64,000 nucleotides of DNA from Harriotta raleighana (Eukaryota): contig JBNZDD010013549.1 of the NCBI GenBank assembly GCA_050575255.1, positions 739,283 to 803,282 on the forward strand, read 5' to 3'. Below the pieces are notes generated by a model that was given only the letters and a program-made list of their open reading frames with translations, did no database searches and was not told the DNA's origin. Every line of letters starts with the position of its first letter. Position 1 is the stretch's first letter. Shown piece by piece: positions 26,163-39,651 of the stretch. Made by a program: the position numbers and the translations under genes.

Positions 26163-26717
26163 CTTAATACATTCGCTGAAGACAAATGCTGGCATGTTGT
26201 CCGACGGTCACAACTTCACACAAATCTCACGGCGGAATGAACTCAAATATGTGATTTACTGACTGTCTCACCTCTGGTACTGATACCCCTCTTAAAAATG
26301 TGCTGACAAAGCAGAGCGAAATGTTATACCCGCATGAGCTTATTGTATTGTTAACTGTTAACTAATCGTTAGCTTCCGTTTGGTCACCGATGGATTCCCC
26401 CATCTTTGGGATTCTCTGTGGTCCGCACATCATTCCCGAGGCACAAACCTGCTCTGAGGTTGCTGGACTTCGAGTTTGTCGCAAGCGCATGTACAAACAC
26501 AGTCTTTAATTGCCTTGTGGGATAGCAGATGGCCATGTGCTTGGTGGGCCAATGGTAAATGGCTGAACTTGGGAACTCACTGACAGGGAAACTGTGGGCA
26601 ATACTAACACCGCCCTCCCATTCCAAAACACAATACAGTACATTAGAATACTTGCAAACAAAGCTCAATTCAAATGGATGCAAAGTATTGGCTATTACAG
26701 GAAGCAAAAATAGAACA

Positions 26718-26965
26718 CCAACAAATTTCATTCATGCAAGCGTCTTTGACATCGGGCGAACATCCCAAGGCGCTGAACAGTCAAAGGGATTTTTCACCGA
26801 GTTGGGGGTAGGTGTCAAGAGGAGTGAAGGGCAAGGAGGGTGGGGGACGAAGGCATAGTCAACAAGAAAGGTCTCGAGACCGGCCTTGAAGGAGGCAAGG
26901 GAGGGGATTTAGCAAAGGGGCTCTGGGATGGAGTTTCAGAGGGTGGAGGCAGCAAGGCTGAAGAA
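26718..26965 (-). mobile_element. L2 3' fragment
   Basis: caacaaatttcattc...catcccaaggcgctgaacagtcaa...gggatggagtttcagagggtgg. Confidence 0.82.
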
Positions 26966-29879
26966 AAATCACTGATACAATTCTAATTGGGTTACATAAC
27001 TATTGTTTGCTTTACAGATTTCAAAGCAATGAATGTTATTTTGGGCAGATTTTATGTTTGATTTGATTTTAACAATATTAGTGAAACCCATTGTGATCCA
27101 GTTGAACACAAAGAATGATTTATTCAGCTGCAGAATGTTGGTTATTTAATATCTAAATTGTCACTTTTTGCCCCTGTGTGTTCAGTTTTTTGTCCTCTGT
27201 CCAGTCCCTCGCTATTCAATAACAGGGAGAAGACCCGTAGCACTCTGTCTATCCTGTCTATGCAAGCTCATCTGAGCTTCTCTTATGTTGCAAGAATATT
27301 CTGTCAAGTGTGGCACTCTTAATCCCCACTGGGTTCCTCACAGAAAGATAAGAGGAAACAAACAGCATGAAGGACGACTTGAAGTCGCGTGATATTCGCT
27401 GCTGTGACGGAAATCTCCGGATACAAAAGTTCCACTTTTGGTGAGATGATTTACATCGAGAGGGAAAACGCAGTGAGCGTAGGTCGTTTTTAATGCAGCT
27501 TCAAATAAAGGGTAGATCTTAATTGTTTGCGCTCTAACATTTTGAATCATTTCTTGCCTTCTGACTTACTTTTTTAGTCTCTGCCCCCACCAGGCTCGAT
27601 TTGCAGGAGACGCTCTCTCCTCATCCTTCTGACTGAAATGTAACTGTGCGAATGGGGGAGGAGAATGCGTTGACAGAGCTGATGAGTTTTCGCCCTCTCC
27701 AATAATTAAGGGACTATCTTAATTACACAGGGTTTCCATTACCTTGAAAACTAGCAGATGACTGGCAGGTGTGTGCCTGTTCATCCAGAAATCTGAGCTC
27801 AGTCAGTAATGCTGTGGTGAAGCCAAGCATTTGTTGGGGCTGAGGTACATCTGATGTCAGTGGTCCAGGCCTGAACTCAATTTCCACGGGAACTGGTGAA
27901 GTGGAGTCAAAGTGGCCGGAACATGTGAATTTGGGAGGTTCAGTAAACCAGAGAGAGAAATTTGATGGCCGTAGCTGGAGTTCAAACACACACAACTTGT
28001 CTTGTCCCAAGTGAGCACGGCTAATGTGGAAAAAAATATCCTCACTAATTCTCACTAAAAAGGAACTAATGCTCATTCAAACCATCCCAGTCACAGCACT
28101 AAAGTACTCACAATCTAATCCTGAGTGACTAGATTAAAGTCAGATAAGATCCTAAAACATCTGCAAAGTGTTTTAGAGGCAAAAGTGTTTGAAACACTAG
28201 GAAAAATTGTCGTAGCCAATGTATTGGCATGTTTTCCAACACAATGAACAACAAAGTGTTGCTGCCGTTTCACAAGTTAGGGTCATGATGATTAGCTACA
28301 AACCTTGAAGCACAACGATTTATATATAATACATTCTTTGGAGTGTTGTGGTTTGAAAAGGCATGGAAAGCACAAAGAGTTTGCTGGTTCCACTGGCTGA
28401 CTCATTAGACACAGTCTATAGATGAACATCATAAAGCTGCTGGTTTTGTGCCATTTTATTGACTGATCTAACAAGTCGAAGATGAATGCTGGAAGCCTGC
28501 CTGTTTGTGAATGAGTTTGTGGTCGGACACTATTCTCAGAAATACCTCTCGAAAGAAATTCTGCCAAGCGGTTTTACTTTACCCGTCCACTTTTGACGTC
28601 CTGACCTCTTAATGTCAGTTCACAGAGAATGATAAATCTGCCTTTTATTTTGAAATGGTTCCTCCAGGCTATAGTCCCTTAAGCATCTCATGCTTCGTGG
28701 GACCTCACAAGAGTCAAGGTCACTGCACACAAATGTTTATTGCTATGACTGAATACCTGAGCTGGGGAACTGTGAACTACAGCCAAATTACAACACGAAC
28801 AGTAAACAATTCCCTCAATCCACTGCACAGAAACCAATTCTTTTGAGCATTCACAAACCTACAGTAAACGATAAGTTACTGAGCACCGAGTATCTAAAAT
28901 TATCCGTGGCTGGGTGTGAGAACACTTTGTAGATCATTAGATAATATGCATTCAAGAGTAAAGAGATCAGTTTATAAATTCACCTGAACTGTGCAACCTT
29001 TTCTTAGTCAGATCTTCTGACGTTTTGATGTTGTTGTGATGTGGTTTCCTGTGGTCGATTGCTATGTAGCCTCATAGCAGGTGTTCATGAAAGAACCTAA
29101 GAAATTTGCAACGGGGAAGGAAATTCATGCTGTCATATCTGTGCCAGATCTTTTCACAGGAACCTTTTAGTCTCATTTACCTGCTCCTTCTCTCCAAAGC
29201 TCAAGCTTGAGGTTATTCTGAAGAAGATGCACTTCAATTTCCAGCATTTCCCCGAGTGTTTTTACGCCACAAGTCCAGGCTGTGAATGTCTGAGTGATGT
29301 TTGATAATTCCCATTTCTCAGAGGTCCCATATTGTGACAAATCTCTACCAAGCATTGTGATGAAAGTGAGACAATGCACTTGACTTATCGTGGGCGTTCA
29401 AAGTCCGGGCGTTTTCTTGGTTTTGTAAGCATTAGAAATTTGAGCGGGATTGATAGGGATTTACATGTGAAAGTTTCAAGGGTTTACAATACATGAAGCC
29501 CAGTAGGAAATGTTTGCACAGTGAAGAATCTGTTTCTCATACTGTAGTAGTAGAGACCACCAATAACAACAGCCCAAAGCTGTGCCTGGAATACTCTAAA
29601 CTAAGTAGAACGGATTGCAGAACAGAGTGCGATTGACTTTGTATGATATACGTTGACCTTCTCAATCTTTTTCCCTTTGGAAAGGTGGTGCATTTCCTCC
29701 ATGGCTGGGATTTCCAAGAAAGTTACATGGATGAATTCACCAGAATCTCTCCACAACCACCCTCTCCTTGAAACCTCACCCGGTTTGAGAGGGAACCTGT
29801 CTGCTTCACTATCACACGCTCAAGACTTTCAACTGGTTTTCCCCTGGTTTGCTGAAGACGTTGTTATAAATACAAAAAA

Positions 29880-30010
29880 AAAGAAGCTTATCACACCTGA
29901 AAGTGCTTTGCAAAGTCTATGTAAAGGGTAGTTTGTAGGCAAACAAACATGCACAGATAACAACGTCCCACAAACAGCCATGAAACGAATGACCAATTTT
30001 ATCTGGAGCA
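29880..30010 (-). mobile_element. Degenerate Deu-SINE fragment
   Basis: tgcacagataacaacgtcccacaaacagccatgaaacgaatgaccaatt. Confidence 0.6.
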
Positions 30011-31402
30011 TTGTGGGCCAAGCGATTCCTTTCTCTTTTCAAATGATGCCGCTGAGTTTCGTGTTGGCAATGTTTTCGGGCTAATGAGGAGGCGCCCTGA
30101 TCATCAGCGTTTGACAACTTCAATTAAAATCATTTTGAAAATCTGTATTTTTTTTCCCCAGTGGGAGCTAAAGGCAGTAGATGTAATTTTGTTGTTGTGG
30201 ATGGAATGAGTAACATTCCAACGAGGTAACATTTGGTGAGTAAATATTCAAGTCCTGTTTGTGGTTTTTTTGTCGCCAAACTCAGGAAAACAAGTTTGTA
30301 CAACATTCACAATACACGAAGAACAACTATTTAATTTAATGTGCTTTTATGAGCGAATTTCCATTTTACCCCAAGCAAGTTATAGATGTGAGTCATTACT
30401 TTTTATGCCACTTCTCCGATACCATCTGAAGGTTTTAGCACTGGGCTTCCATGTATTGTATATATTTTATCCCGCTCTAAAAATAAAATATTAAGCGCGC
30501 TGAGGCTGGAAAGGTGATATGAAAAAGGTTACCTGAATAATTTACATGTGCACTCAGGCATCTCAAATGGTACCTCAATATTTGTTTTCAGCAGAGTCAG
30601 TCCCTGAGCCACACAAGAAAGCATTTCCCTTGAATTTCCCTCGAATTTCATTTCGTGCCATCACAGATTTGCATAGATTGTACACCCACGGAAACAGGTC
30701 GTTCCACACAACTTGTGATCCTTGTTAATCGTCCACGTGGATCTCACCCACACCTCCCCATTCCCTCCCATACCCTCCCTTCTATTTCCTTCTCCTTTGT
30801 GAGATGAGAATATGACTTCGGTAGAAAAGCCGGGAAGTTGTTGGGACGCACAAACACACGAGGTCAAGTCACCGTGCTTCAAAGTAATCACATCAAAAAA
30901 ATATAGGACTGAAAAATGCCATGTTTCCAAAAAAGATTTCCGTAATTCTCAAATCCGTGGTGTTTTTTAAAAAAAAAAATGCTTTGGATTGTGGATTCCG
31001 AGAGTGGTGAGGAGAGAAGAGAATCTTTTTGTTGACTGAAGTGATTTGAACTTAACTTAGTGAGGCAGCTGCAACAAGGGGTTAAATTAAACTGATTCTT
31101 TGCTCAAGCCTGTAATCTGCCAACCACTGATGCTGTATGTTTGTTTTGTTTTGGAGGAGATATTCCCTTCTTGTTTTGTATGCCAACCCCCTATAGAGAG
31201 GACAAACAGGTGTCCTGATGAGTGACACCAGCCATTGGGAAAGTGTGTGAGGAGTGGCTGGCTTGACTCTCCAGTGTGAGTGTGTGTGTGGGGGGGGGAA
31301 GAAGTCCTTAGCAGCTAGAACAACCAACATCTTCATAGGTCAGTAATTTATCCACGGAAGAATCATAGGTAGGAAGCCACATTGTACCTATCTGGAGTCC
31401 TG

Positions 31403-32490
31403 CTTAGGAGAGTGAGCTCTGAGGATGATGCAAAAAGATTGCGACAAGATATACATAGGCTAGGGAAGTGGGCAAGTAGATGACAGATGGAATTTAATGT
31501 AGGGAAGTGTGAAATTTTTCACCTAGCTAGCAAAAAAATTTTTACATTATTTTTATAGAGGGGGAGAGGTTAGATAGTGTTAGTATTCAAAGGGATTTGG
31601 GTGTCCTTGTACACCAGTCTCAAAAAGTTAGTTTGCAGGTGCAGCAAGCAACTAAGAAGGCGAATGGCATACTACAACAACAACAACAACAACAAAATTA
31701 CACTTATAGAGCGCGTTTCACGTCAGNTTTCATGTCAGGAGGACGTCCCAAGGCGCTGGACAGATTGGTTCAGGACCCGAGCAAGGGAAAATGTTCAGGG
31801 CAAGTGGGGGGAAGGGTGGGAGCAAGGAGAGGGTAGAGACTCGAGAGGGGTATACTAGCGTATATTTCAAATGTTTTAGAGTACAAGACTAGGGAAGTCT
31901 TGCTGCAACTGTGTAGGGCTTTGGTGAGACCGCACCTAGAGTATGGTGTGCAGTTTATGGTGTCTCCTCATTTAAAAAAGGACGTACTTGCCTTAGAGGG
32001 GCTGCAGCGTAGATTCACGAGGTTAGTTCCTGGGATGAGGGGACTGACCTATGAGGATAGGTTGAATAAACTGGGGCTGTATTCTCTAGAGTACAGAAGA
32101 ATTAGTGGGAGATCTTATTGAAACATAAAAGATTCTTAAAGGGCTGGATAAAGTAGGGACTGTTTCCCCTGGTAGGAGAATCTATAACCAGGGGTCACAG
32201 TCTGAAAATTAAGGTACAGCCTTTTAGAACAGAGTTGAGGAAACATTTCTTCACTCAGAGGGTGGTGAATTTATGGAATTCACTACCCCAGAAGGCTGTG
32301 GATGCTCAGTCCTTGAACATTTTCAAGACTAAGACTGATAGGTTTTTTTAAAATAGAGGGATTAGGGGATATGGGGATAGGGCAGATAATTAGAGTTAGG
32401 TCAGAGGATCAGCCATGATCTTATTGAATGGCAGGACAGGCTCGAGGGGCCAAATGGCCTACTCCTGCTCCTAATTCTTATGTTCTTATG
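31403..32490 (+). mobile_element. 5'-truncated CR1 LINE (RT C-terminus and 3'UTR), interrupted by an L2 insertion at 31675-31851
   Basis: ORF 31900-32121 LQLCRALVRPHLEYGVQF.SPHLKKDVLALEGLQRRFTRLVPGMRGLTYEDRLNKLGLYSLE is the CR1 ORF2 C-terminus; the end aggggccaaatggcctactcctgctcctaattcttatgttcttatg is the typical shark CR1 tail. Confidence 0.95.
31675..31851 (-). mobile_element. Short L2 3' end inserted into the CR1, with 6-bp TSD ATACTA
   Basis: (caa)n aattacacttatagagcgc...ggacgtcccaaggcgctggacag; atacta at 31669-31674 and 31852-31857. Confidence 0.88.
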
Positions 32491-32790
32491 TACCTCAGTA
32501 GTTAGAGCACTCCCCTCGCAAGCGAGAAACCTGGGTTTGATTCCCGCTAGGTCCAAACCTTGGGCAAGTTTCCTTACACCACATGCCCAATGATAATCTC
32601 TCAAGAAAGAAAAACAATAATAAATTGGTCACTTCAATCCATGACTGTGGGTGGGACTCTGCTGTGCGCAATTGGCTGCTGCTTTTCACCCACAAACATA
32701 TACAGTCCGTTAGTTTTACAGTATATTTTGTAAAGTGCGTTGAGACGTCTAGAAGACGTAAAACGTTATATCAAATGCAAGTATTATTAT
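32491..32790 (+). mobile_element. SINE whose first 9 nt (ggagtcctg, 31394-31402) are separated from the body by the CR1 insertion
   Basis: tacctcagtagttagagcac head remainder, Deu core, tail; TATCT flanks both ends (31389-31393 and 32791-32795). Confidence 0.88.
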
Positions 32791-32942
32791 TATCTATAAG
32801 GCAGCCCCAATACAACAAGCCACTGCTTGCCTTTCTGAACATTTATATCATATCATCACATCCAGGTTTGACTATGTTAACTCCCTGCTCTCCGGACTTC
32901 CCGACTCTTCCCTCCCCAATTTACAGTTCATTCAAACCCTGC

Positions 32943-33550
32943 AACAACACCAACAAATTCCATTTGTGTAGCGCCTTTCACGTCAGGAGAACGTCCCAAA
33001 GCGTTGGACACTCAGGAATCTGCCCCCAAACTGGTGGCTGGGATCAGGAGAGGAAGAGGCTGGGGAGGGTAGGGTTAGGAAGGTGATTGTTTTCTCTCCC
33101 ACACCAACAACAAACAACAAAATCACTTTAGTAGAGTGCCTTTATCTGGGAGCTGATCACCCCATGACCAGCTCTGTTGGCTTCTCATCGGCCAGAGGAT
33201 CAAGTTTAAGATCCTCATCTTCTCTTTTAAAGCCAGACGAGGCTTGCTCCTGCCTTCTAACCACCTTCCCAGCCTCCCTCCGCTCAGCAGGCACTGGGTT
33301 GCTCTGTGCCTCCGCCCTGCCTGCCTGCCCTACCCTACCTTCAGCCTTTCAGCCCCGACACTCTGGAACTCCATCCCGGAATCCGTTCATCTTTTCCCTT
33401 CTCTTGCCTCCATCAAAGGCCCTTCTTAAAAAACCTTCCTCTTTGGTCCCAAAGATCGTTCATCCAAACCCCAGCTTAGGTGCGAATACCTTGGGATATT
33501 TTCCTGATCTGAAAGGAGCTCCACATAAACGCAAATTTATTGTTGTTATT
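32943..33550. mobile_element. Cluster of L2 3' fragments (minus 32943-33085 and 33103-33140; plus about 33150-33550)
   Basis: caacaaattccatttgtgtagcgcctttcacgtcagg; gccagaggatcaagtttaagatcctc...ctctggaactccatccc...ttgttgtt. Confidence 0.8.
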
Positions 33551-34424
33551 GCCGTCTACTCCAAGATCAAAGTGTTTTAAGACAAAATGATATGTTAAGA
33601 GATCAGATTTTCTCTGGGTGAGGAAAGAGGTGATTAGGTTTCTATTTTTATGTTGCAAACATTTTACTTAATGCTATCAAGTGTCCTCGTTGCACAAAGG
33701 GAGCTATGTAAATACAAGCTGTCGTTTCTCCCTGAAAAGTATGACCTTGTCTTACTGACAAATTACAAAGCATTATGTGTCTACAGTTCCTTGATATTAT
33801 CTTAACTAAAGAAAAATTGACTTAGATAAATGAAGGCAGTGAGCACTGGCTAGGTATAGATGTACATTTTACGGCTCCAACAACGTGCTTTAATGAAACA
33901 TCAGGTGCAGCACCTTGTAACAATAATTCCAAAGCTTCTTTTTTCTGTCCAGGTCGAGCATTCTCTCCTTTGAGCGAAACTGGCCAAAAACCCTGCCTGC
34001 AGTAGTCACGGTGCGAGCAGCCTGATGCAATGCGTTTCAATCCGCTGGGAGTTGGGTCGAGACCGCTCTCGTTTGTTCCACTTGAGGATTTTTTTGAACG
34101 ATGTTGAAGAGAATAAAATTTGTCATCCCATCTGTCCAGGTTAAATTCAAACCAAGGGCTCTGAAGTGGAGACACCGCGGATTAACCCACAGTGGTACCC
34201 AGTAGCTTCAACATCTGGAATCCTTAATAGCATTCAGTTACTTGTGTTGATTTGCACATGAATGGCTGCCAAAGCTGATACAAGTCATCTTGTACCGTTT
34301 TCCTTGAAGTTGGGATAAGAGTGAGCTGTGCATTTGTGAACGTCAGTGGAACGTCAGGAAAAACGCAGGGATGGTGCAGAAATTTAGCTTTGCAAGTCTG
34401 CAGTTAAAATAGTAACAGTTATAA

Positions 34425-34605
34425 AATCATAGAGTCTTACAGCACAAAAGGAGGCCATTCGGCCCATTGAGTCTGTTTAAAAAGACTCAATGGGCTCTTT
34501 AAAAAGAGCAATTTAATCCCACTCCCCCAGCTCTCTCCCCATAGCCTTGCAAACCCTCCCTCCCAAAATAAATTTCTACCTGTCTTTTAAAAGTCCCTAT
34601 CAATC
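34425..34605 (-). mobile_element. CR1 3' fragment, followed by a SINE fragment at about 34610-34680
   Basis: aatcatagagtcttacagcacaaaaggaggccattcggccca...ccccatagccttgca. Confidence 0.8.
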
Positions 34606-35741
34606 GCATCAATGAGACACCTCAAAGCACTACGCAGGATGTATTGTAAAGTGGATTGACTGTGTATTTAGTGGGCGATGGTAGCTTTTTTGCTGCAAAG
34701 CGTAGCAGAATTTAATGCCTTCCCACACATGAAATGTTAGTTTATTAATAGTTTTGATAAATAGCAGTCCTATTTCACGCTTTACCATGGATTTGAGGTC
34801 AGAGAAAAATCTATGCCCGTTCCAACTACAGTACTTGGTTTGGGTTTCACTCAAACGCATTATTATATAGTACTCGTATTCAAAACCAACGAGTCTCGGA
34901 GTTCAGAAAGAGACTTTTTGAAGAATTAATGCTTTTGCTAATACTGTTGCTACATTCATGGCCTATTGGGGGTGGGGTGGGGGGAGGGAGCAAAACTGAT
35001 TACCACTTCAGGGGGTGAAGTGCATACGTGCTTGCTATTAACCTTAGTGTGCTTTGACAATGTGTTTGCTTGATGAGATTTCCCATTAACCTCACATTTG
35101 CTAAACATGCCAGCACACGGAGATCACCATTTGAATGCGTTTGTTTCCAGATGAGCCTGGAGCAGTAAGTTGCTTTTGCTTTCAGACAGATTCTTATCTA
35201 AACCACTTCTTTATTAGCGTCTCATTTTAGCAGCTGTTCCTTGAAGCCAAGATCTTACCAACAAAGAATCTTTGTGGAACTAAAGGACTTTCAATTGAAT
35301 GCAACTTCCATTAGTGTCTCACTCGATTTCACCAGCAGTAGTACTGATGCTGCCTTTACGATATATTATCCATTGACTTTTGCCTCCCCGAGTTTATTAA
35401 TACTTAGCAAGGAAATACATATCTTGAAATATTAACGTTAAAGATAGAAAACAGTAAAAGATGCTCGACAGTGATTCTGTTTAATGAGCAATTTAGAACC
35501 ATGATTTTAACACGAGGACATAGAATAACTATAATCCTTTTGTTATCATGGCAATAATGTCAAAACATCTCATAGGGCTTCACAGGTAATTGGTATCAAG
35601 CGGCTGTGTAAACAAAGCAAATAATCCGTCACAGTAAGATCCCGTTAACAGTCATGAAGTGAATGACCAGTTTTATCTGGAGTTTGTTGACCAGGACATT
35701 GGGAGAAACTCCCCTCTATTTTCAAATAACAAAAATGGGAA

Positions 35742-36040
35742 TTCTTGCGTTTGATATGGCTGCTTTCACGTCTTCGAGACGTCTCGAAGTGCTTCATAGA
35801 ATAAACTGTAAACTGAATTGACTGTACTTTGTGGGCAAAACGCGGAAGCCAATCAATTGTGCACAGCTAAACTGTCCCACAGGCAGTTGGGGATTGAGAA
35901 GACCAATTTATTCTGGCTTGTTTGAGTGATTATTATCAGGCCTGTGGAGTAAGGAAACTTGCAAAAGGTTTCGCCCTGCCAAAACTCGCAGGTCTCTCAC
36001 TTGCAAGGCGAGTGCTCTCCCCACCGAGCAACAGGATCCG
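35742..36040 (-). mobile_element. Full-length SINE; an older Deu remnant adjoins at about 35560-35740
   Basis: cttgcgtttgatatgg...gacgtctcgaagtgcttc...ggagtaaggaaacttgc...ggcgagtgctctccccaccgagc. Confidence 0.88.
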
Positions 36041-36044
36041 AATG

Positions 36045-36300
36045 TTGCCAGACGCAAAGTTTTGGGGGCGTAGTGGCTGAAAGCATGGCCGCTGATAGTG
36101 GAACGGAGGATTCGGGGGGCAAGGAGGAGGCCACTCCCAGTAGAGCACGGTACTGCTGAGAGGAGAGAGGAGGTTAGAGAGGTTGGGTGGGGGTGGGGGT
36201 ATGCTGAGGATTGGAGGGATTTAAACACACGAGTGAGGATCTTGAAGTCAAACTTCTCTGTGACAGGGAGCCAGTGCAGTTTGTCAACAGTGATAAACAG
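36045..36300 (-). mobile_element. L2 fragment
   Basis: Minus ORF contains LHWLPVTEKFDFKILTRVFKSL...ISGHAFSHYAP. Confidence 0.85.
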
Positions 36301-39300
36301 CATATTATGACAGACCATCCTCACACAGCGAGTTACATAGTCTAGTGTTGTGGTGGTTGGGAATTATACTAAAGGGTCCCAGGAGCATTAGTTAACGCAC
36401 AGCTAGTCACCTTTTGTATATTTTCAGCTAATACTGTACGAGAAAATCAAGCCAAATATGGTTTTTAAATAACTTAGAAATTGGGCTTTTTTAAACCCTA
36501 ACGTTTTGGGGAAATAATGACTCCTATTAATAATTTCCCTCTTCCTTTCACAACGAACAGTTATAATCCACAAGGTGGATTTGACCCTCACGTATATCAT
36601 GATAGCATTTCTGCTGCAAACTGGAAAGTGTGTCAGGGCAGGTGCTCAGCATTTCAGCAGCGAACAATAGAAAAGGAATCCCTCTTAGCGACTGCATTGC
36701 CTACAGCTTGACTTCACAGGGGGCTGACGCTGCACATTTCTGAAGGATTATTTTTTCCATTGGTAGAAAAACTATTAAAACTGAATCGGAAAAGTAATGC
36801 CTGAGTAGTTAAGAGTAGCTGTGGCTCTTCGTGATTGATGAACGCTGTTCATTTCTTGCAAAGAACGGATTCTCTGTAAATGATCAACTTTTTTGCCATG
36901 AACTCTTATTGATTCACTCCAGCTTCACATTTTAAGCACTGATGTTAATTTAGAACAACAGAAGTTTGAATTCAGCCAGCTCATGTTCTGTCGACTCTTG
37001 GAGTGATGAGGTGAGGTGAGGTGAGGTGGGGTGGGGGGGGGAGCAAACAATTCAGTTCCCATGATAAGTTTTGATTCATTCTTCACTTCAGAAACGCCAT
37101 AAATTCAGTTTTATCTCCTTTGTGCAGAAAGAAGTCTAAATCAATCCAAGTATATCACAGCCTGACAGTGGATCTTATGGGCTTTCAATATAATGTGTAC
37201 GATTGAGCAATGCTTGCAATTCTTAATAAAAAGTTTAGGCTGAATCGAACATAGCTAATAAATAATGAAGTCAGAATTAAGCCACACATTTTTTTTCTGT
37301 TTCAGCGTTTGAAACAAGTCAAGGCAAATCCCAGGATGAAATGCATTCTTTTTTTTGCTGGAGTGTTTATAGAGCAGTAATAAGAATAATCCTTGCAATT
37401 GACATAAGGCCTTATCACATCCCCAAAACTTCAAGTGTACACTTGTAGTGACTGTCCATTTGTGGGTGGATATTTGTAAGCGCTCTGAGACGCCATCCGA
37501 CGTGGAGGGGGGGTTTATAAATCGAAGTTGTTGTCGTTGCAATGTGTTACATTCAGAACAGCAGCTCAAATGCAGCATCCAAACCAAACAATCCTGGGTT
37601 AAAGCAAGATTTTACCTTCTCAGCTGATCAGAGTTCTTACAAATCAATCGGAAGCTGTAGCTGTTTCACCGTCACGCCTGATATATCTACCAAATCTTCC
37701 CCACAGGGTGACTATCACTTAAAACATTTGAGCAATGAGAGGCAAAGCACCTGAATGTCATTAGTTCCACATTCATCCTGTGACCTGACTGATGTGTAAT
37801 CTGTCAGGAACCTTCACTTTGCTGCTGATTGCTGACTACTGAATAAACACTGAACCCAGAGAGCGATTGAAGCTCGTTGGTGGGGATCCTTCAGGAAAAT
37901 TTGTGTTTAAACAGAAAAACATTGGTTTATCTCTTTTGATTGTTGCCCCCCATGACCTGGAGTGGTAAAGAATGTGGAGAGACAACAGAGCAAGACACTG
38001 CCTCCCTCAAGTGAACAGATTAATAAGTGCAGCGACCTCCAAGTTGACTTTTTGAGCATTTTTATTACACCTTTGAGAATCAGATGTAACTGATACAACA
38101 ACTTGCATCTGTACAGCACCCTCCATGGAGGATGAGAGAATTGAAATGCTGAAAAACTAAATACATTTTGATTACATTCAAAATGCAGATCTACAAGATG
38201 TACCTTTTAAAAGAACCGTCGATGGTGAATCTCATCTGACATTTGCTGAGACTGGATTTTTACGTGGATTTATCCAAACTGGCAGAGGAGGGAATAACAA
38301 CAGCAGCAACAGCTTGCATTTGTATAGTTCTCTCCACACAGGGAAGAGTCTCCGAGCACTTCATATAGCCTTCATCCCAGCACTGTTTCTCAGAAGTGCA
38401 CAGATATAAACACTACACCACCTCCCCATATATCCGCATGATTACAATTCAATGCTGGTCAGTCAATGAATTCCTGTGTCTTTTACAGGTTGAAGGAGTC
38501 AGACAGAAGGAGTCTACGGCTTGATTTACAGCTGACGTCATTGAACTAATTTATTGTCAAATTAAACACCGGCATAAACGATTCCCTTCTGGACGTGTTC
38601 AGCGGTGGGTGTGTTGTTGCTCCGACCTGATCCGCTTCCAATCCTACAAGGAAACGTGTGCCCGGGCTTCTCGACTTGCCGTGCTTTAGCAGACTGTCCG
38701 CGTGACGCCTGGCGCCACGGGCAAAATCCAGCCACGTTAAACTGAACGCAAACAGAAAAACAGGGCAGTGAAGGATTCTAAGGAAACAGTGTAGGCATTT
38801 TAAACTTCTTGAATTCACAGCCTCAGTGCAGACTAAGAAGCACGCTCTACGTGTTTTCCAGAGTTTATACCCAATGTTTCTAGTTTCTAGTGTTTCTGCC
38901 AGTAACCCCAAAAGTGCAATAAAAAGCAAATTCGGTTTTATAAACCTTGCTCTGGACAGGAGCTGTTGTTTTCACTGACAGTACAGTAATATAGCAAAAC
39001 ATTGTTACGTTGGGTTAAAGTGTTGTTGTTTGTTTGTTTAAAGGCAAACGCCAGTATTGTGTGTCACAACTTGAGACGGGAAACTGGCAGTCTGTTGGGA
39101 AGCTCAGGTTAAGGAATCGAGGCTCTTTCTCAGCCAGGCTTGACACCTGTCCGCAAAAGTAAACTCACTGAATGCTGCACGCCCTTTGCAGGCATGTGAT
39201 GCGCAGATGCACGTTACAAGCAGCTGTCCCATACATGTTACGCAGGTAAGTAAATAAGAAGCCATTGGTAGAGGGCTTTCCACCTCAGAAGCGGAGGCAA

Positions 39301-39627
39301 TCACGTGCATTTCACCCACAGAACATATTGTCGACTCACTTTACTCTGCGAAGCACCTTGAGAAGTAATGGAGAAATCCCAGAGGGTTTTGCACAGGATT
39401 CTTAGCACGTGAAACGATTTGGCACAAATAGCTATGGACCTTGCTGGAATTGCAGAGGCCATCTCAACCAAGGGATCTAATCGGATAGTTGGGCCTAAGC
39501 TGTCTGAGCTGTAATTGCTATGATTCTCAATTGGAATCCTATAGTAAGAGCTTTATACGTCTGTGCTGTCAATGCTAATGTCACTAAGCCACCTAACTAT
39601 AAGTGCCCAGATCTAAATTGTGATGGA

Positions 39628-39651
39628 TACATATATATATATATATATATA
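39628..39651. repeat. (TA)n microsatellite
   Basis: Directly visible. Confidence 0.85.
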
